Shown here: piece by piece, positions 37,557 to 46,056 of the stretch
Layout of the letters: each line of letters begins with the position of its first letter
Position numbering within the stretch: position 1 is the first letter of the stretch
Assembly (NCBI GenBank): GCA_041648335.1
Contig: JBAZPG010000002.1
Coordinates: 30,528 to 94,527, forward strand
Direction of reading: 5' to 3'
DNA length: 64,000 nucleotides
Source of the DNA: Candidatus Micrarchaeia archaeon
GTDB lineage: Archaea; Micrarchaeota; Micrarchaeia; Norongarragalinales; Norongarragalinaceae
The notes under the pieces: generated by a model
What the model saw: the letters and a program-made list of their open reading frames with translations, nothing else
What the model was told of the DNA's origin: nothing
Databases searched by the model: none
Made by a program: the position numbers and the translations under genes

Positions 37557-38243
37557 TTGTTGCTTATGCGTTCACTCGACTGCCTTGCCGTGATTCCGGA
37601 CGGCAACCGGCGTTACGCCAAAAAACGCGGGCTCCCGTACCCGGAGGCTTACGCGTGCGGGTTCGCGAAGTCCGCGGAAGTCCTCGAGTGGTGCCGCGAA
37701 GCGGGTGTGAAGGACGTGATTTTCTGGGCGTTGAGCCTGGACAATTATTCCAAGCGCGAGCAAACCGAGCTCGCGTTGATTTACTCACTCTTCAAGAGCA
37801 AGCTCGAGGAGGCGCTTTCGGACGGCAGGCTCGGGGAGGCGCGCGTGCGCTTCTTCGGACGCCTCGAGCTCCTCCCGAAGGATTTGCAGGATTTGATGAA
37901 GCGCATCGAAGAACGCACCCGCAACAACAAGGGAATCGGGGTGCACTTCGCAGTCGCGTACAGCGGGCGTGACGAGATACTCGAAGCGTGCAGGCGTTAC
38001 GCTGCCGAAGGCAAGGCAGGCAAACTCGACGAGTCGGCTTTCAGGAAATACCTTTACTCCCCGCTTTACCCGGACCTAGTCATCCGCACGGGCTCCACCC
38101 ACCGTTTGAGCGGATTCATGCCCTGGCAATCCGATTACTCCGAAATATTCGTTTCCGACGCGTTGTGGCCCGAGTTCTCCCGCGGTGACTTCGACGCCGC
38201 AGTCGCATTTTTCAAGGAAACCGAAGCGCGCCGCGGACGCTAA
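37557..38243 (+). CDS. uppS: Undecaprenyl-diphosphate synthase (cis-prenyltransferase)
   Basis: LAVIPDGNRRYAKKRGLP..GF and RTGSTHRLSGFMPWQSDYSE motifs. Confidence 0.85.
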   Translation: MLLMRSLDCLAVIPDGNRRYAKKRGLPYPEAYACGFAKSAEVLEWCREAGVKDVIFWALSLDNYSKREQTELALIYSLFKSKLEEALSDGRLGEARVRFFGRLELLPKDLQDLMKRIEERTRNNKGIGVHFAVAYSGRDEILEACRRYAAEGKAGKLDESAFRKYLYSPLYPDLVIRTGSTHRLSGFMPWQSDYSEIFVSDALWPEFSRGDFDAAVAFFKETEARRGR

Positions 38244-38878
38244 CGCAGCTCGCGCAACAGCGCCGCCCTTTTTACCGGGTTTTTTTCCGCGTCCACCACG
38301 AACAATAGCAAGTCGAGTATGCCCGGCTCGAGCCCAAGGCGCGACGCGATTTTCACCACTTCCCTTTCGAGACGCAAATACTCCTTATTCGTAATCGTTT
38401 TCGGAACGCGGCACCCCTGCGCGCCGAGGACGTGAATCACGTGGCGGTCGATTATCGCAACGTCCAGGCGCCCCGTGTTCCGCAGGAAGTGCGACGCCTC
38501 CTTGTAACCGATTCCCTTGATGTTCGCAACGAGCCACTCGCGCTTCGCGTGCGAGCCCTTGATGCGCGCGAGCGCGCGGGCGTCGAATTTTTTCCGGGCT
38601 TCAAAAAGCCAGCGCGCCTTGTTGTTGTGGAACCGCGTCCTCCCGCGCAGGCAACGCGATATTTCCTTGGTGCCGCCGCGCGCGAGCAACCCCTCCTTTT
38701 CTAGCGCGCGCACCGCGTCCTTGCACTTCTTCATGCTGGACTGCGGCGTGAGCAGGCAAAAAACAAGTTCCCGCAGGGACGGCGGGGTGCGGCGGAACGC
38801 GCGTTTTTTCGCCGCGAGTACGGAAGCGTTGTCGCGCGCCAGCCTGCGGAGTTCCGCGAGTTTCAAACCTTGTCCCAC
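38240..38878 (-). CDS. ogg: 8-oxoguanine DNA glycosylase/AP lyase, archaeal Ogg2 (HhH-GPD) type
   Basis: IKGIGYKEASHFLRNTGRLDVAIIDRHVIHVL helix-hairpin-helix/GPD motif with catalytic K and D; about 210 aa as in Ogg2. Confidence 0.7.
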   Translation of the reverse strand: MGQGLKLAELRRLARDNASVLAAKKRAFRRTPPSLRELVFCLLTPQSSMKKCKDAVRALEKEGLLARGGTKEISRCLRGRTRFHNNKARWLFEARKKFDARALARIKGSHAKREWLVANIKGIGYKEASHFLRNTGRLDVAIIDRHVIHVLGAQGCRVPKTITNKEYLRLEREVVKIASRLGLEPGILDLLLFVVDAEKNPVKRAALLRELR

Positions 38879-39306
38879 ACGGTTTTCTTCTCGGTTTTCT
38901 TGTCTTCGATTGCGTTCAACAGGTCGGTTACGAGCTCCCCGCGGAGTTCGGCGTCAGGGTGGTGGAACAAAAGTTCGCACGCTATCTTGAGTGCCTTGAC
39001 TTCGTTCTGCTTGTTCGCCCCGCCGTTGTTGAATTCGAAGAGCTTCTCGCAGCCCTCGCCAGCGAACTTGAAGCTGTAAGTGTTCGTCTCCGCGCCCGAG
39101 TCCACGCTCAGGTTGAACACCTTCTCGCGGCCGGACTCTTTCTCGTACAGGAAGACTTCGCCGTGCTCGACGCCGTTGTAAGGCCCCTTCTTGAACAGGC
39201 GGTGCCCCAAGTCAAGGCTCCACCACGCCACGCCCTCGTTAGCGTTCGACTTCCAGATGGACGGCTCGAGTTCCACGTTTATGAATGGTGTCTTGGGTTT
39301 CTCCAT
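38863..39306 (-). CDS. Hypothetical protein (147 aa)
   Basis: ORF overlaps the ogg start by 16 nt; no motif recognised. Confidence 0.4.
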   Translation of the reverse strand: MEKPKTPFINVELEPSIWKSNANEGVAWWSLDLGHRLFKKGPYNGVEHGEVFLYEKESGREKVFNLSVDSGAETNTYSFKFAGEGCEKLFEFNNGGANKQNEVKALKIACELLFHHPDAELRGELVTDLLNAIEDKKTEKKTVWDKV

Positions 39307-39360
39307 GTTTTAGCACTGCAAACGAGTTAAGCGGAATTAAAAGGAAAGCGCAACTGGTTT

Positions 39361-40440
39361 TTATCTTTTGCTGAAAACGTAATCCATGTCCCCGAAGCGC
39401 GCGAGCAGCCCAGCGAGTCCGAGGTGTCCGCCCGCTGCAAGTAGGAACTCGGTTTCCTTCGGGCTCAAGAGGTCCAATGCGAAACGCAACGACGAGTGAA
39501 TCTTGAGCGCGCCGGCCTCGCGCCGCCACGCATTTTCGTATTCGCGCGGTTCGCCCCGCGCGACGCACGCGGCGAGAACGCGCGCGCACTTCGCGCCGAA
39601 CACCACGCCCCCGCCCGTAGTCGCTTTCACCTGTCCCGCCGCGTCCCCCACGAGCAAGGCGTTTCCTTTCACGGTGGCGGCGCGGGCGGACAGCGGAATG
39701 AGGGCGTTGAACTCGCGTTCGAGCTTGGCACCCGCCAGGATTTTTTTCACGCGCCCGTTGGAGAGGAACGCGCGCTTGCTCTTGTTTAACGAGGAGTGCT
39801 CGGTGGTGCCGAAACCCACGCGCACCCGGCTCGCGGAAACCGGCACCGCCCAACCGAAGAAGCCCTTGAACAACGAGGGCTCGAGGAACACGCCCGCGAG
39901 CCCGACGTCCGGGACTCGTGCGCGCGAGTACTCCGCCTGCCAGGCGAGCGCGTGGCTGGCTGCGGGAATCGCGGGGAATCCGAGCGAACGCGCGGTGAAC
40001 GACGCGGCCCCGTCCGCGCCCACCAGGTAATCTGCGTTGAATGCGCGCCGCCCCGCAAACACTTTCGTTCCCTTGAATCGCTCGGCGCGCGTCTTGTAGT
40101 AGAACTCGGCGGCGTGCGCCTCGCGACAGCACTCCTCGTCGAATTTTTGGCGGTCGAGCACGAACGCCACGCAGCGCCCGGAGTCCACGGTCATCTCCGC
40201 GTCCCCCGAAAAGATGCTGCAGCCGCGCACCTCGTTTAACACGCTTCCCGAATAATCAACTCTTGTTTCGTCGAGCCCGCGCTTGGAAATTATTCCAGTG
40301 CACCGGTTTTTTTTTCCGGGGTTCGCGTCCTCTTCGAGCACGGCTACCGAGAGTCCGCGTTCGCAGCACTCTCGCGCCGCAATGCAGCCGATTGCCCCGC
40401 CGCCCACCACCACCACGTCCCGTGAAGCCATGCGAAGCAT
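39361..40440 (-). CDS. Geranylgeranyl reductase family FAD-dependent oxidoreductase
   Basis: N-terminal dinucleotide fold VVVVGGGAIGCIAARE..GLSVAVLEE, CTGIIS motif. Confidence 0.8.
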   Translation of the reverse strand: MLRMASRDVVVVGGGAIGCIAARECCERGLSVAVLEEDANPGKKNRCTGIISKRGLDETRVDYSGSVLNEVRGCSIFSGDAEMTVDSGRCVAFVLDRQKFDEECCREAHAAEFYYKTRAERFKGTKVFAGRRAFNADYLVGADGAASFTARSLGFPAIPAASHALAWQAEYSRARVPDVGLAGVFLEPSLFKGFFGWAVPVSASRVRVGFGTTEHSSLNKSKRAFLSNGRVKKILAGAKLEREFNALIPLSARAATVKGNALLVGDAAGQVKATTGGGVVFGAKCARVLAACVARGEPREYENAWRREAGALKIHSSLRFALDLLSPKETEFLLAAGGHLGLAGLLARFGDMDYVFSKR

Positions 40441-40468
40441 TTAATCCGCTTTTACTTTAACCCTTTTC

Positions 40469-40738
40469 ATGTTGCAGGCGTTGTTGGGTGCGGCGTTCTT
40501 CCTATTCGCGGGTTACGTGGCGTCCCTCGCGTTCTTCCGGGATGCGGACGGGGTAGAGCGCGTTGCGTACTCGCTTTTCCTGGCGTTCACTGTGCCGGCT
40601 TTCGTTCTCGTTGCGTTGAACCTGTTCGCGGGCGTGAAACTCGACGCGTTCGTAGTTTACGCGGTGCTCTTTGTTTTCTCGGTTGCCTGCCTCGCGTACT
40701 CAAAGACGCGCGAGGCGAAGATGCACAAGCGCGCTTAG
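40469..40738 (+). CDS. Small membrane protein (3 TM helices)
   Basis: 89-aa hydrophobic ORF; convergent with and overlapping the 3' end of the GT2 gene. Confidence 0.35.
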   Translation: MLQALLGAAFFLFAGYVASLAFFRDADGVERVAYSLFLAFTVPAFVLVALNLFAGVKLDAFVVYAVLFVFSVACLAYSKTREAKMHKRA

Positions 40739-41398
40739 CATCCGCCAAGCCGTGCGCGCCACGCCCGCCGCTCCACCGGACGCAACCGGCCCGCCCGCCA
40801 CGTGCTTCCAACGCACGGGCACCTGGACAACCCGCAAACCCTTTTTCTTGGCGAGCCAGAGGAATTCCACATCCCACACCAAGTGTTTTTCGATGAATTT
40901 GTCGAGGAGGGGCAGGATTTTCGCGCGCTTGGCTGCCTTGAACCCGCACTGCGTGTCCTTGAACGGCAGGAGGAATAGCAGGCGCACCGCGAGGTTGAAT
41001 GCTTTTCCGATGATGCGGCGCACTCCCGGCATTTCGGCTCGCGAGCCCGCACAGTAACGGCAGCCTATCGCGACGTCCGCGCTTTCGAGCGCCTTCAAGA
41101 GCTTCGGAATCTCCGAGGGGGGCGTCGCAGCGTCCGCGTCATACATTAAAACCGCCGGCGCGCGCGCCTTGCGGATTCCCTCCATTACCGCGCCGCCTTT
41201 ACCCAAACGCTTCGGGTGGTGGAAAACGCGCACCCCCGGGAACCGTCGCGCCTTCGCAGCCGTGGAGTCGCGTCCGTCGTCCACCACGATGATTTCCCAA
41301 TCGCCCCGCTTCGCCTCGGGGCGCGCCGAGAGCTTCGCCAGCGTGGACGCGATGCGCTTACCCTCGTCGTGGGTGGGAATGATTATGGATAGTTTCAC
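40700..41398 (-). CDS. Family 2 glycosyltransferase (dolichyl/polyprenyl-phosphate sugar synthase-like)
   Basis: LSIIIPTHDEGKRIASTL..IIVVDDGRDST..MYDADAATP DxD-type GT-A motifs. Confidence 0.8.
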   Translation of the reverse strand: MKLSIIIPTHDEGKRIASTLAKLSARPEAKRGDWEIIVVDDGRDSTAAKARRFPGVRVFHHPKRLGKGGAVMEGIRKARAPAVLMYDADAATPPSEIPKLLKALESADVAIGCRYCAGSRAEMPGVRRIIGKAFNLAVRLLFLLPFKDTQCGFKAAKRAKILPLLDKFIEKHLVWDVEFLWLAKKKGLRVVQVPVRWKHVAGGPVASGGAAGVARTAWRMLSALVHLRLARL

Positions 41399-41940
41399 GG
41401 TTTTTTTCCCGCCAGTTTACGCAATTGTTCGAGTGTGGGCGTACTGCCGAAAAAGTATGTCGTGAATAACCCGGGGTCGATTAGGTAGGTTTTGGTTCCG
41501 TCCGAGCGAAAATTGCGTCCAACATCATATTTGGCGCCAATAGTGATGTCCCCTATTAGCTCCGGAAGCCCGTGTTTTTTTACAAATGATTCCAAGGTTT
41601 GCCTTATTTTTTCCGTTTGCGCTTGTTCCGGCGCTTCGTTCAAACGAGGGGTAATCATGGCTAGCGCGATATTCTGCCCTTTGGCGTAAACCGCGAAGCG
41701 GGTTTCCGGATGGAACACGCCGGCTTCCTTGAGTCGCGCGTACATTTTCGCGGTCAACAATGCGCGCTCCTTCGCGTGTTCCCCGACAAAGCTTAACTCC
41801 CTTTCGTGTGTACCCTCCATTCCTAAGTGCACGAAAAAATCTTGGTTGCTTCGTATGTGGGGTTTGCCCGCCTGCCCTTGCAGGCCCTCATTGAACGGTT
41901 CTCCGTAGCCCGCTTCTCTTTTTGACCTGATTTTTGGCAT
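41395..41940 (-). CDS. Hypothetical protein (181 aa)
   Basis: Translationally coupled (ATGA) upstream of the GT2 gene. Confidence 0.4.
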   Translation of the reverse strand: MPKIRSKREAGYGEPFNEGLQGQAGKPHIRSNQDFFVHLGMEGTHERELSFVGEHAKERALLTAKMYARLKEAGVFHPETRFAVYAKGQNIALAMITPRLNEAPEQAQTEKIRQTLESFVKKHGLPELIGDITIGAKYDVGRNFRSDGTKTYLIDPGLFTTYFFGSTPTLEQLRKLAGKKP

Positions 41941-42047
41941 GATTTAACCCAGTATCGGTTTGCGCGGCGGGCTTTATTGGTTTTTCCCAGCGGCAAGGGT
42001 TTTATACTTGTTCATACAAGTTCATACTTCGTGGGAAGTGGTATGAT

Positions 42048-42779
42048 TTGTCTCTCGAACGCGTAACGGTAACGCTGGACAAGCCGCTCTTGTCGCGCAT
42101 CGACGCGCGCGTGGACGGCTTGCGCCTCAAGAACCGCTCGCATGCGGTGAACCATTTGTTGCGGAGGGCGTTGAGTGCGGAGGACCTGTCAAAGGCGCTC
42201 GTGCTCGCGGGGAGCGCGCCGAACCTGAAGAGCTTGGAGCTCGTGCTCTTGCGCCTCAAGGCATTCGGGATTTTCGAGGTCTACCTCGCGTTGTCCAAGG
42301 GCGGGGAAGCCGCGGTTTCGCGTTTCCACGACGGCGCGGCATTGGGAATGGAACTCAACTACCTGTGGGACGAGGGGAAAGGGAGCGCGCTGGCGTTGAG
42401 GAACGCGGCGCACCTGTTCCGCGAGGAGTTCGTGTTGAGTTATGCGGACGTGCTTTACCCGGGGCTCGACTTGGAGGATTTGCACCGCTTCCACGAATTG
42501 CACGGGGGCGCGTGCACCCTCGCGCTGGCGAGCGTGAGCGACCCGCACAATTACGGTGTTGCGAAGCTCTCGGGCTCGCGCATAATCGACTTCCAAGAGA
42601 AGCCCAAGCGCACGTCGAGTTATTTGATAAACGCGGGCATTGCGGTGTGTGACCCGCGTGTCTTCTCGTTTATTTCCCCGGGAATGAAGCGCCTCGAGGA
42701 GGACTTGCTGCCCGTGCTCGCTTCACGCGGGGAACTTTACGGTTACGCGTACTCGGGCGAATGGAAGCATTTGGGTTGA
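42048..42779 (+). CDS. Ribbon-helix-helix (CopG-like) domain fused to a sugar-phosphate nucleotidyltransferase-like domain
   Basis: N-terminal RVTVTLDKPLLSRIDARV (RHH beta-strand/helix); C-terminal NTP_transferase-like core ending GEWKHLG. Confidence 0.5.
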   Translation: MSLERVTVTLDKPLLSRIDARVDGLRLKNRSHAVNHLLRRALSAEDLSKALVLAGSAPNLKSLELVLLRLKAFGIFEVYLALSKGGEAAVSRFHDGAALGMELNYLWDEGKGSALALRNAAHLFREEFVLSYADVLYPGLDLEDLHRFHELHGGACTLALASVSDPHNYGVAKLSGSRIIDFQEKPKRTSSYLINAGIAVCDPRVFSFISPGMKRLEEDLLPVLASRGELYGYAYSGEWKHLG

Positions 42780-42788
42780 TTTGACACT

Positions 42789-43745
42789 ATGGATTTCAAT
42801 CTCGCGTTGGAATTGGTTCGGGCGACCGAGGCGGGCGCGCTAGGGAGCGCGCGCCTCATGGGGCGCGGGGACAAGCACGCGGCGGACGCGGCTGCAGTGG
42901 ACTTGATGCGGAAGGCGTTGAACTCCATCGAATTCGCGGGAACCGTGGTGATAGGCGAGGGCGAGCGCGACGAGGCGCCCATGCTCTACATCGGCGAGAA
43001 GGTGGGCACCGGACGCGGATTTGAAACCGATTTGGCAATCGACCCGCTCGAGTGCACGAACAGCGTTGCGAAGGGCTGGTCGAACGCCCTGTCCGTGCTC
43101 GCTGCTGGACCCAAGGGTTCGCTGTTCGGGGCGCCCGACACTTACATGGACAAGATTGCGGTGGGTCCCGAGGTGGGCAACCGGGTGAGCTTGGACGCGT
43201 CCGTGAAGGACAACATCCACGCGGTTGCGGACGCGCTCGACAAGGACCCCTCGGACGTTACCGTAGTAATACTCGAGCGCCCGCGCCACGACAAGCTCGT
43301 GGAGGAAGTGCGCAAGGTGGGCGCGCGCATCCAGCTCATAACGGACGGCGACGTTTCCGGCGCGATAGCAACGTGCATGAACGATTCGGGAATCGACTTG
43401 CTGTTAGGGGTTGGCGCCGCGCCCGAAGGAGTGATTTCCTCTGCCGCGGTGAAGTGCCTCGGGGGCTTCATGCAGGGCAGACTCTCGTTCCGCAACGAGT
43501 CCGAGAAGGAGCGCGCGCTTGGGATGGGCGTGACTGACCCGGAGGCGCTCTTGAATATCGAGGATTTAGCCAAGGGGGATAATGTAATGTTCGCTGCCAC
43601 GGGGGTCACGGACGGCTCCTGGCTCGAGGGCGTGCGTTTCACGAGCCGGGGCGCGGAGACGCACTCGGTAGTTATGCGCTGCAGCAGCGGCACCATCAGG
43701 TTCATCAAGGCGTTACACAAGTTCGACAAGGCGCCGAAATATTAA
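42789..43745 (+). CDS. glpX: Fructose-1,6-bisphosphatase class II (GlpX type)
   Basis: N-terminal LVRATEAGALGSARLMGRGDKHAADAAAVDLM and GEGERDEAPMLYIGE..GTG..D.AIDPLE GlpX motifs. Confidence 0.85.
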   Translation: MDFNLALELVRATEAGALGSARLMGRGDKHAADAAAVDLMRKALNSIEFAGTVVIGEGERDEAPMLYIGEKVGTGRGFETDLAIDPLECTNSVAKGWSNALSVLAAGPKGSLFGAPDTYMDKIAVGPEVGNRVSLDASVKDNIHAVADALDKDPSDVTVVILERPRHDKLVEEVRKVGARIQLITDGDVSGAIATCMNDSGIDLLLGVGAAPEGVISSAAVKCLGGFMQGRLSFRNESEKERALGMGVTDPEALLNIEDLAKGDNVMFAATGVTDGSWLEGVRFTSRGAETHSVVMRCSSGTIRFIKALHKFDKAPKY

Positions 43746-43753
43746 CGGAGGGG

Positions 43754-44899
43754 ATGAGGGTTATGGAAGCTTTGGGCGGAGCGCACATGTTCAACGCGTT
43801 GAACCAGGAGAATTGCATCATACTCGCGGCGAACGTCAGGATAGTGCCCGGCGTTTTGAAGGGGATGCTGCGGGCGGCGAAGGACGCGGATTCCGCGGTC
43901 ATCTTCGAGCTCGCGAAGTCCGAGTGCAACCTCGAGGGCGGTTACACCGGGATGACTCCCGCTTCGTTCGCCTCCCAGGTGAAGCGCGTTGCGGGCGAAG
44001 TCGGGTTCAGGGAGTGGGTGCTCCACGCGGACCACTTGACCGTGAAGAAGGGTACTGCCGACGAGCTCAAGGGAGTTAAGGAATTGATTGACGCGCAGGT
44101 GGACGCGGGTTTTTCCTCGTTCGCCATCGACGCCTCGTTCCTTTTCGATTCGAGCAAGGACGATTTGAAGGAGGCGCTCGCGCCCAACGCCGCCGCAACC
44201 GTTGAATTGTTCGAGCACATCGAGAGCAGCGCGCCGCGCGGCTTCGGGCTTGAAGTGGAAGTCGGGGAAATCGGGAAGAAGAACGCCGAGGGGCTCGTGC
44301 TCACCTCGCCCGAAGAGGCGACTGCCTATCTCGAGATGCTGCGTGGACGCGGCGTCTACCCGCACCTGCTCGCGATTGCGAACGGCTCGAGCCACGGGGA
44401 CACTTACGTGGACGGCAAGCGCGTGGACCAGGTTAGCATTGACATTCCGCTCACCAAGCGCGTGGCTGCGGCGTTGCGCGCGGACGGTTTCGGCACCCGG
44501 CTCGCCCAGCACGGAATCACGGGCACGCCCATTCATCTGATTGCCGAGCACTTCCCGAAGGGCGACATACTCAAAGGGAACGTGGGCACGCACTGGATGA
44601 CCCTCACTTGGGACGTGCTCCGCGAAACCGAACCCGCACTCTACAAGCGCATTTGGGATTGGACGCTCGCAAAATACAAGGCGGACGCGCCAGCGCGCGG
44701 GGAGAAGAGCGACGAGGAGATTTTTGGGAAGCACTCCAAGCAGGGCATCGGGTTCTTCAAGAAGGACTTGGACGCGTTGCCCGCGAAGTCGCTCGCGCTC
44801 GTCGAGGAGAAGGCGTACGCCACTGCGACGGATTACTTCAAGGCGTTCAACTCGTTCGGCACGGCAGCCAAGGTGCGCGGCGGGGGTGCCCGTTCGTGA
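43754..44899 (+). CDS. fba: Class II (metal-dependent) fructose-bisphosphate aldolase family protein
   Basis: Class II aldolase pattern incl. HADH and LLAIANGSSHG metal ligands, TIM-barrel length. Confidence 0.75.
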   Translation: MRVMEALGGAHMFNALNQENCIILAANVRIVPGVLKGMLRAAKDADSAVIFELAKSECNLEGGYTGMTPASFASQVKRVAGEVGFREWVLHADHLTVKKGTADELKGVKELIDAQVDAGFSSFAIDASFLFDSSKDDLKEALAPNAAATVELFEHIESSAPRGFGLEVEVGEIGKKNAEGLVLTSPEEATAYLEMLRGRGVYPHLLAIANGSSHGDTYVDGKRVDQVSIDIPLTKRVAAALRADGFGTRLAQHGITGTPIHLIAEHFPKGDILKGNVGTHWMTLTWDVLRETEPALYKRIWDWTLAKYKADAPARGEKSDEEIFGKHSKQGIGFFKKDLDALPAKSLALVEEKAYATATDYFKAFNSFGTAAKVRGGGARS

Positions 44900-46053
44900 A
44901 GGCAATCGTGCTTGCGGGCGGCTACGCGACGCGCCTCCAGCCGTTGAGTTCGCGCGTCCCCAAGCTCCTCCTGCCCGTTGCGGGGAAACCAGTGGTACAC
45001 CACCTCGCCGAGATGTTCAAGGCGGCGGGCGTAACCGAAATCGTGTTCTCGCTGAACGAGACCCAGCGCGCAATCGAGCGCGAACTCGGAAGCGAGTTGA
45101 TGGGCATGCGCCTGTCCTATATCTTCGAAGGAACGCGGAGCGAGGAAGAGAAGCTGGGCGCGGTGGGCGCGATACAATACGTTGCCGAACGCACGCGCAT
45201 CGACTCGGACTGCCTAGTGGTGGGAAGCGACAACTTCGTGCACGGGCTCGACTTGCGGAGGATGGTTCGCGAGCACTCCGAACGCGCGCCTTACGCGACC
45301 ATCGCGTTGTTCGACTTGGAGGACCCGCGGGACGTGGAACACTTCGGCGTCGCGTTACTCGACGAACGGAGGATAACGCGCTTCCAAGAAAAGCCGCGCC
45401 AGGCGGAGGCGGTGAGCAAGCTTGCGAGCACTGCGATTTACCACGTTTCCCCCGCATTCTTCGAACGCATCCCCTTTTTCGTGAAGGAGAAGAAGGCCGC
45501 GGGGCTCAAGGCGGACAAGCCCGGCGATTACTGGGAGCACCTTGTTTCCGCGGGCGAGCAAATCGAGGGTTTCGTGTTCAACGGCGCGTGGGGCGACATC
45601 GGCAACCCGGAAACTTACGTGGAGACGAACAAGCGCGCGCTCGCGTTGCCCGAATTCAAGGCGGGACGCGTTTCGCCAAGCGCCCGCGTCGAAGCGGGAG
45701 CCGTGGTGCGCGGAGCGTGCGTGATAGACGAAGGCGTTGTGATAGAATCGGGTGCCGTAGTCGGTCCGTTCGTGCACTTGATGGCGGGCTGCCGCGTGGG
45801 CGCCGGGGCGTGTGTGGAATCGTCCATCCTGTTCGAGGGCTGCGTTGTCGAGGCGAAGGCGAGCGTGCTCGACTCGGTAATCGACCGCAACTGCGTGCTC
45901 GGCGAATCGTCGAGCGTGGAAGGTTACTCGCTCTTGGGCGAGGAGTGCGTAATCGGAGAAGGCGCGCGTGTGTTCGGGAAGTCGAGGGTGTGGCCGCGCA
46001 TGGAATTGGACGCGAAGGCAACGCTCGCCGGTTCGGTGCGCACCCGCTCTTAA
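44896..46053 (+). CDS. Bifunctional-type sugar-1-phosphate nucleotidyltransferase with C-terminal left-handed beta-helix domain
   Basis: GTG start overlapping the fba stop (GTGA); KAIVLAGGYATRLQPLSSRVPKLLLPVAGKP NTP-transferase motif; C-terminal hexapeptide repeats. Confidence 0.75.
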   Translation: MKAIVLAGGYATRLQPLSSRVPKLLLPVAGKPVVHHLAEMFKAAGVTEIVFSLNETQRAIERELGSELMGMRLSYIFEGTRSEEEKLGAVGAIQYVAERTRIDSDCLVVGSDNFVHGLDLRRMVREHSERAPYATIALFDLEDPRDVEHFGVALLDERRITRFQEKPRQAEAVSKLASTAIYHVSPAFFERIPFFVKEKKAAGLKADKPGDYWEHLVSAGEQIEGFVFNGAWGDIGNPETYVETNKRALALPEFKAGRVSPSARVEAGAVVRGACVIDEGVVIESGAVVGPFVHLMAGCRVGAGACVESSILFEGCVVEAKASVLDSVIDRNCVLGESSSVEGYSLLGEECVIGEGARVFGKSRVWPRMELDAKATLAGSVRTRS

Positions 46054-46056
46054 ATT

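Noticed and set aside
39239-40132. 297-aa ORF overlapping the geranylgeranyl reductase gene
   Set aside because: Arg-rich alternate frame of a well-supported flavoprotein gene.
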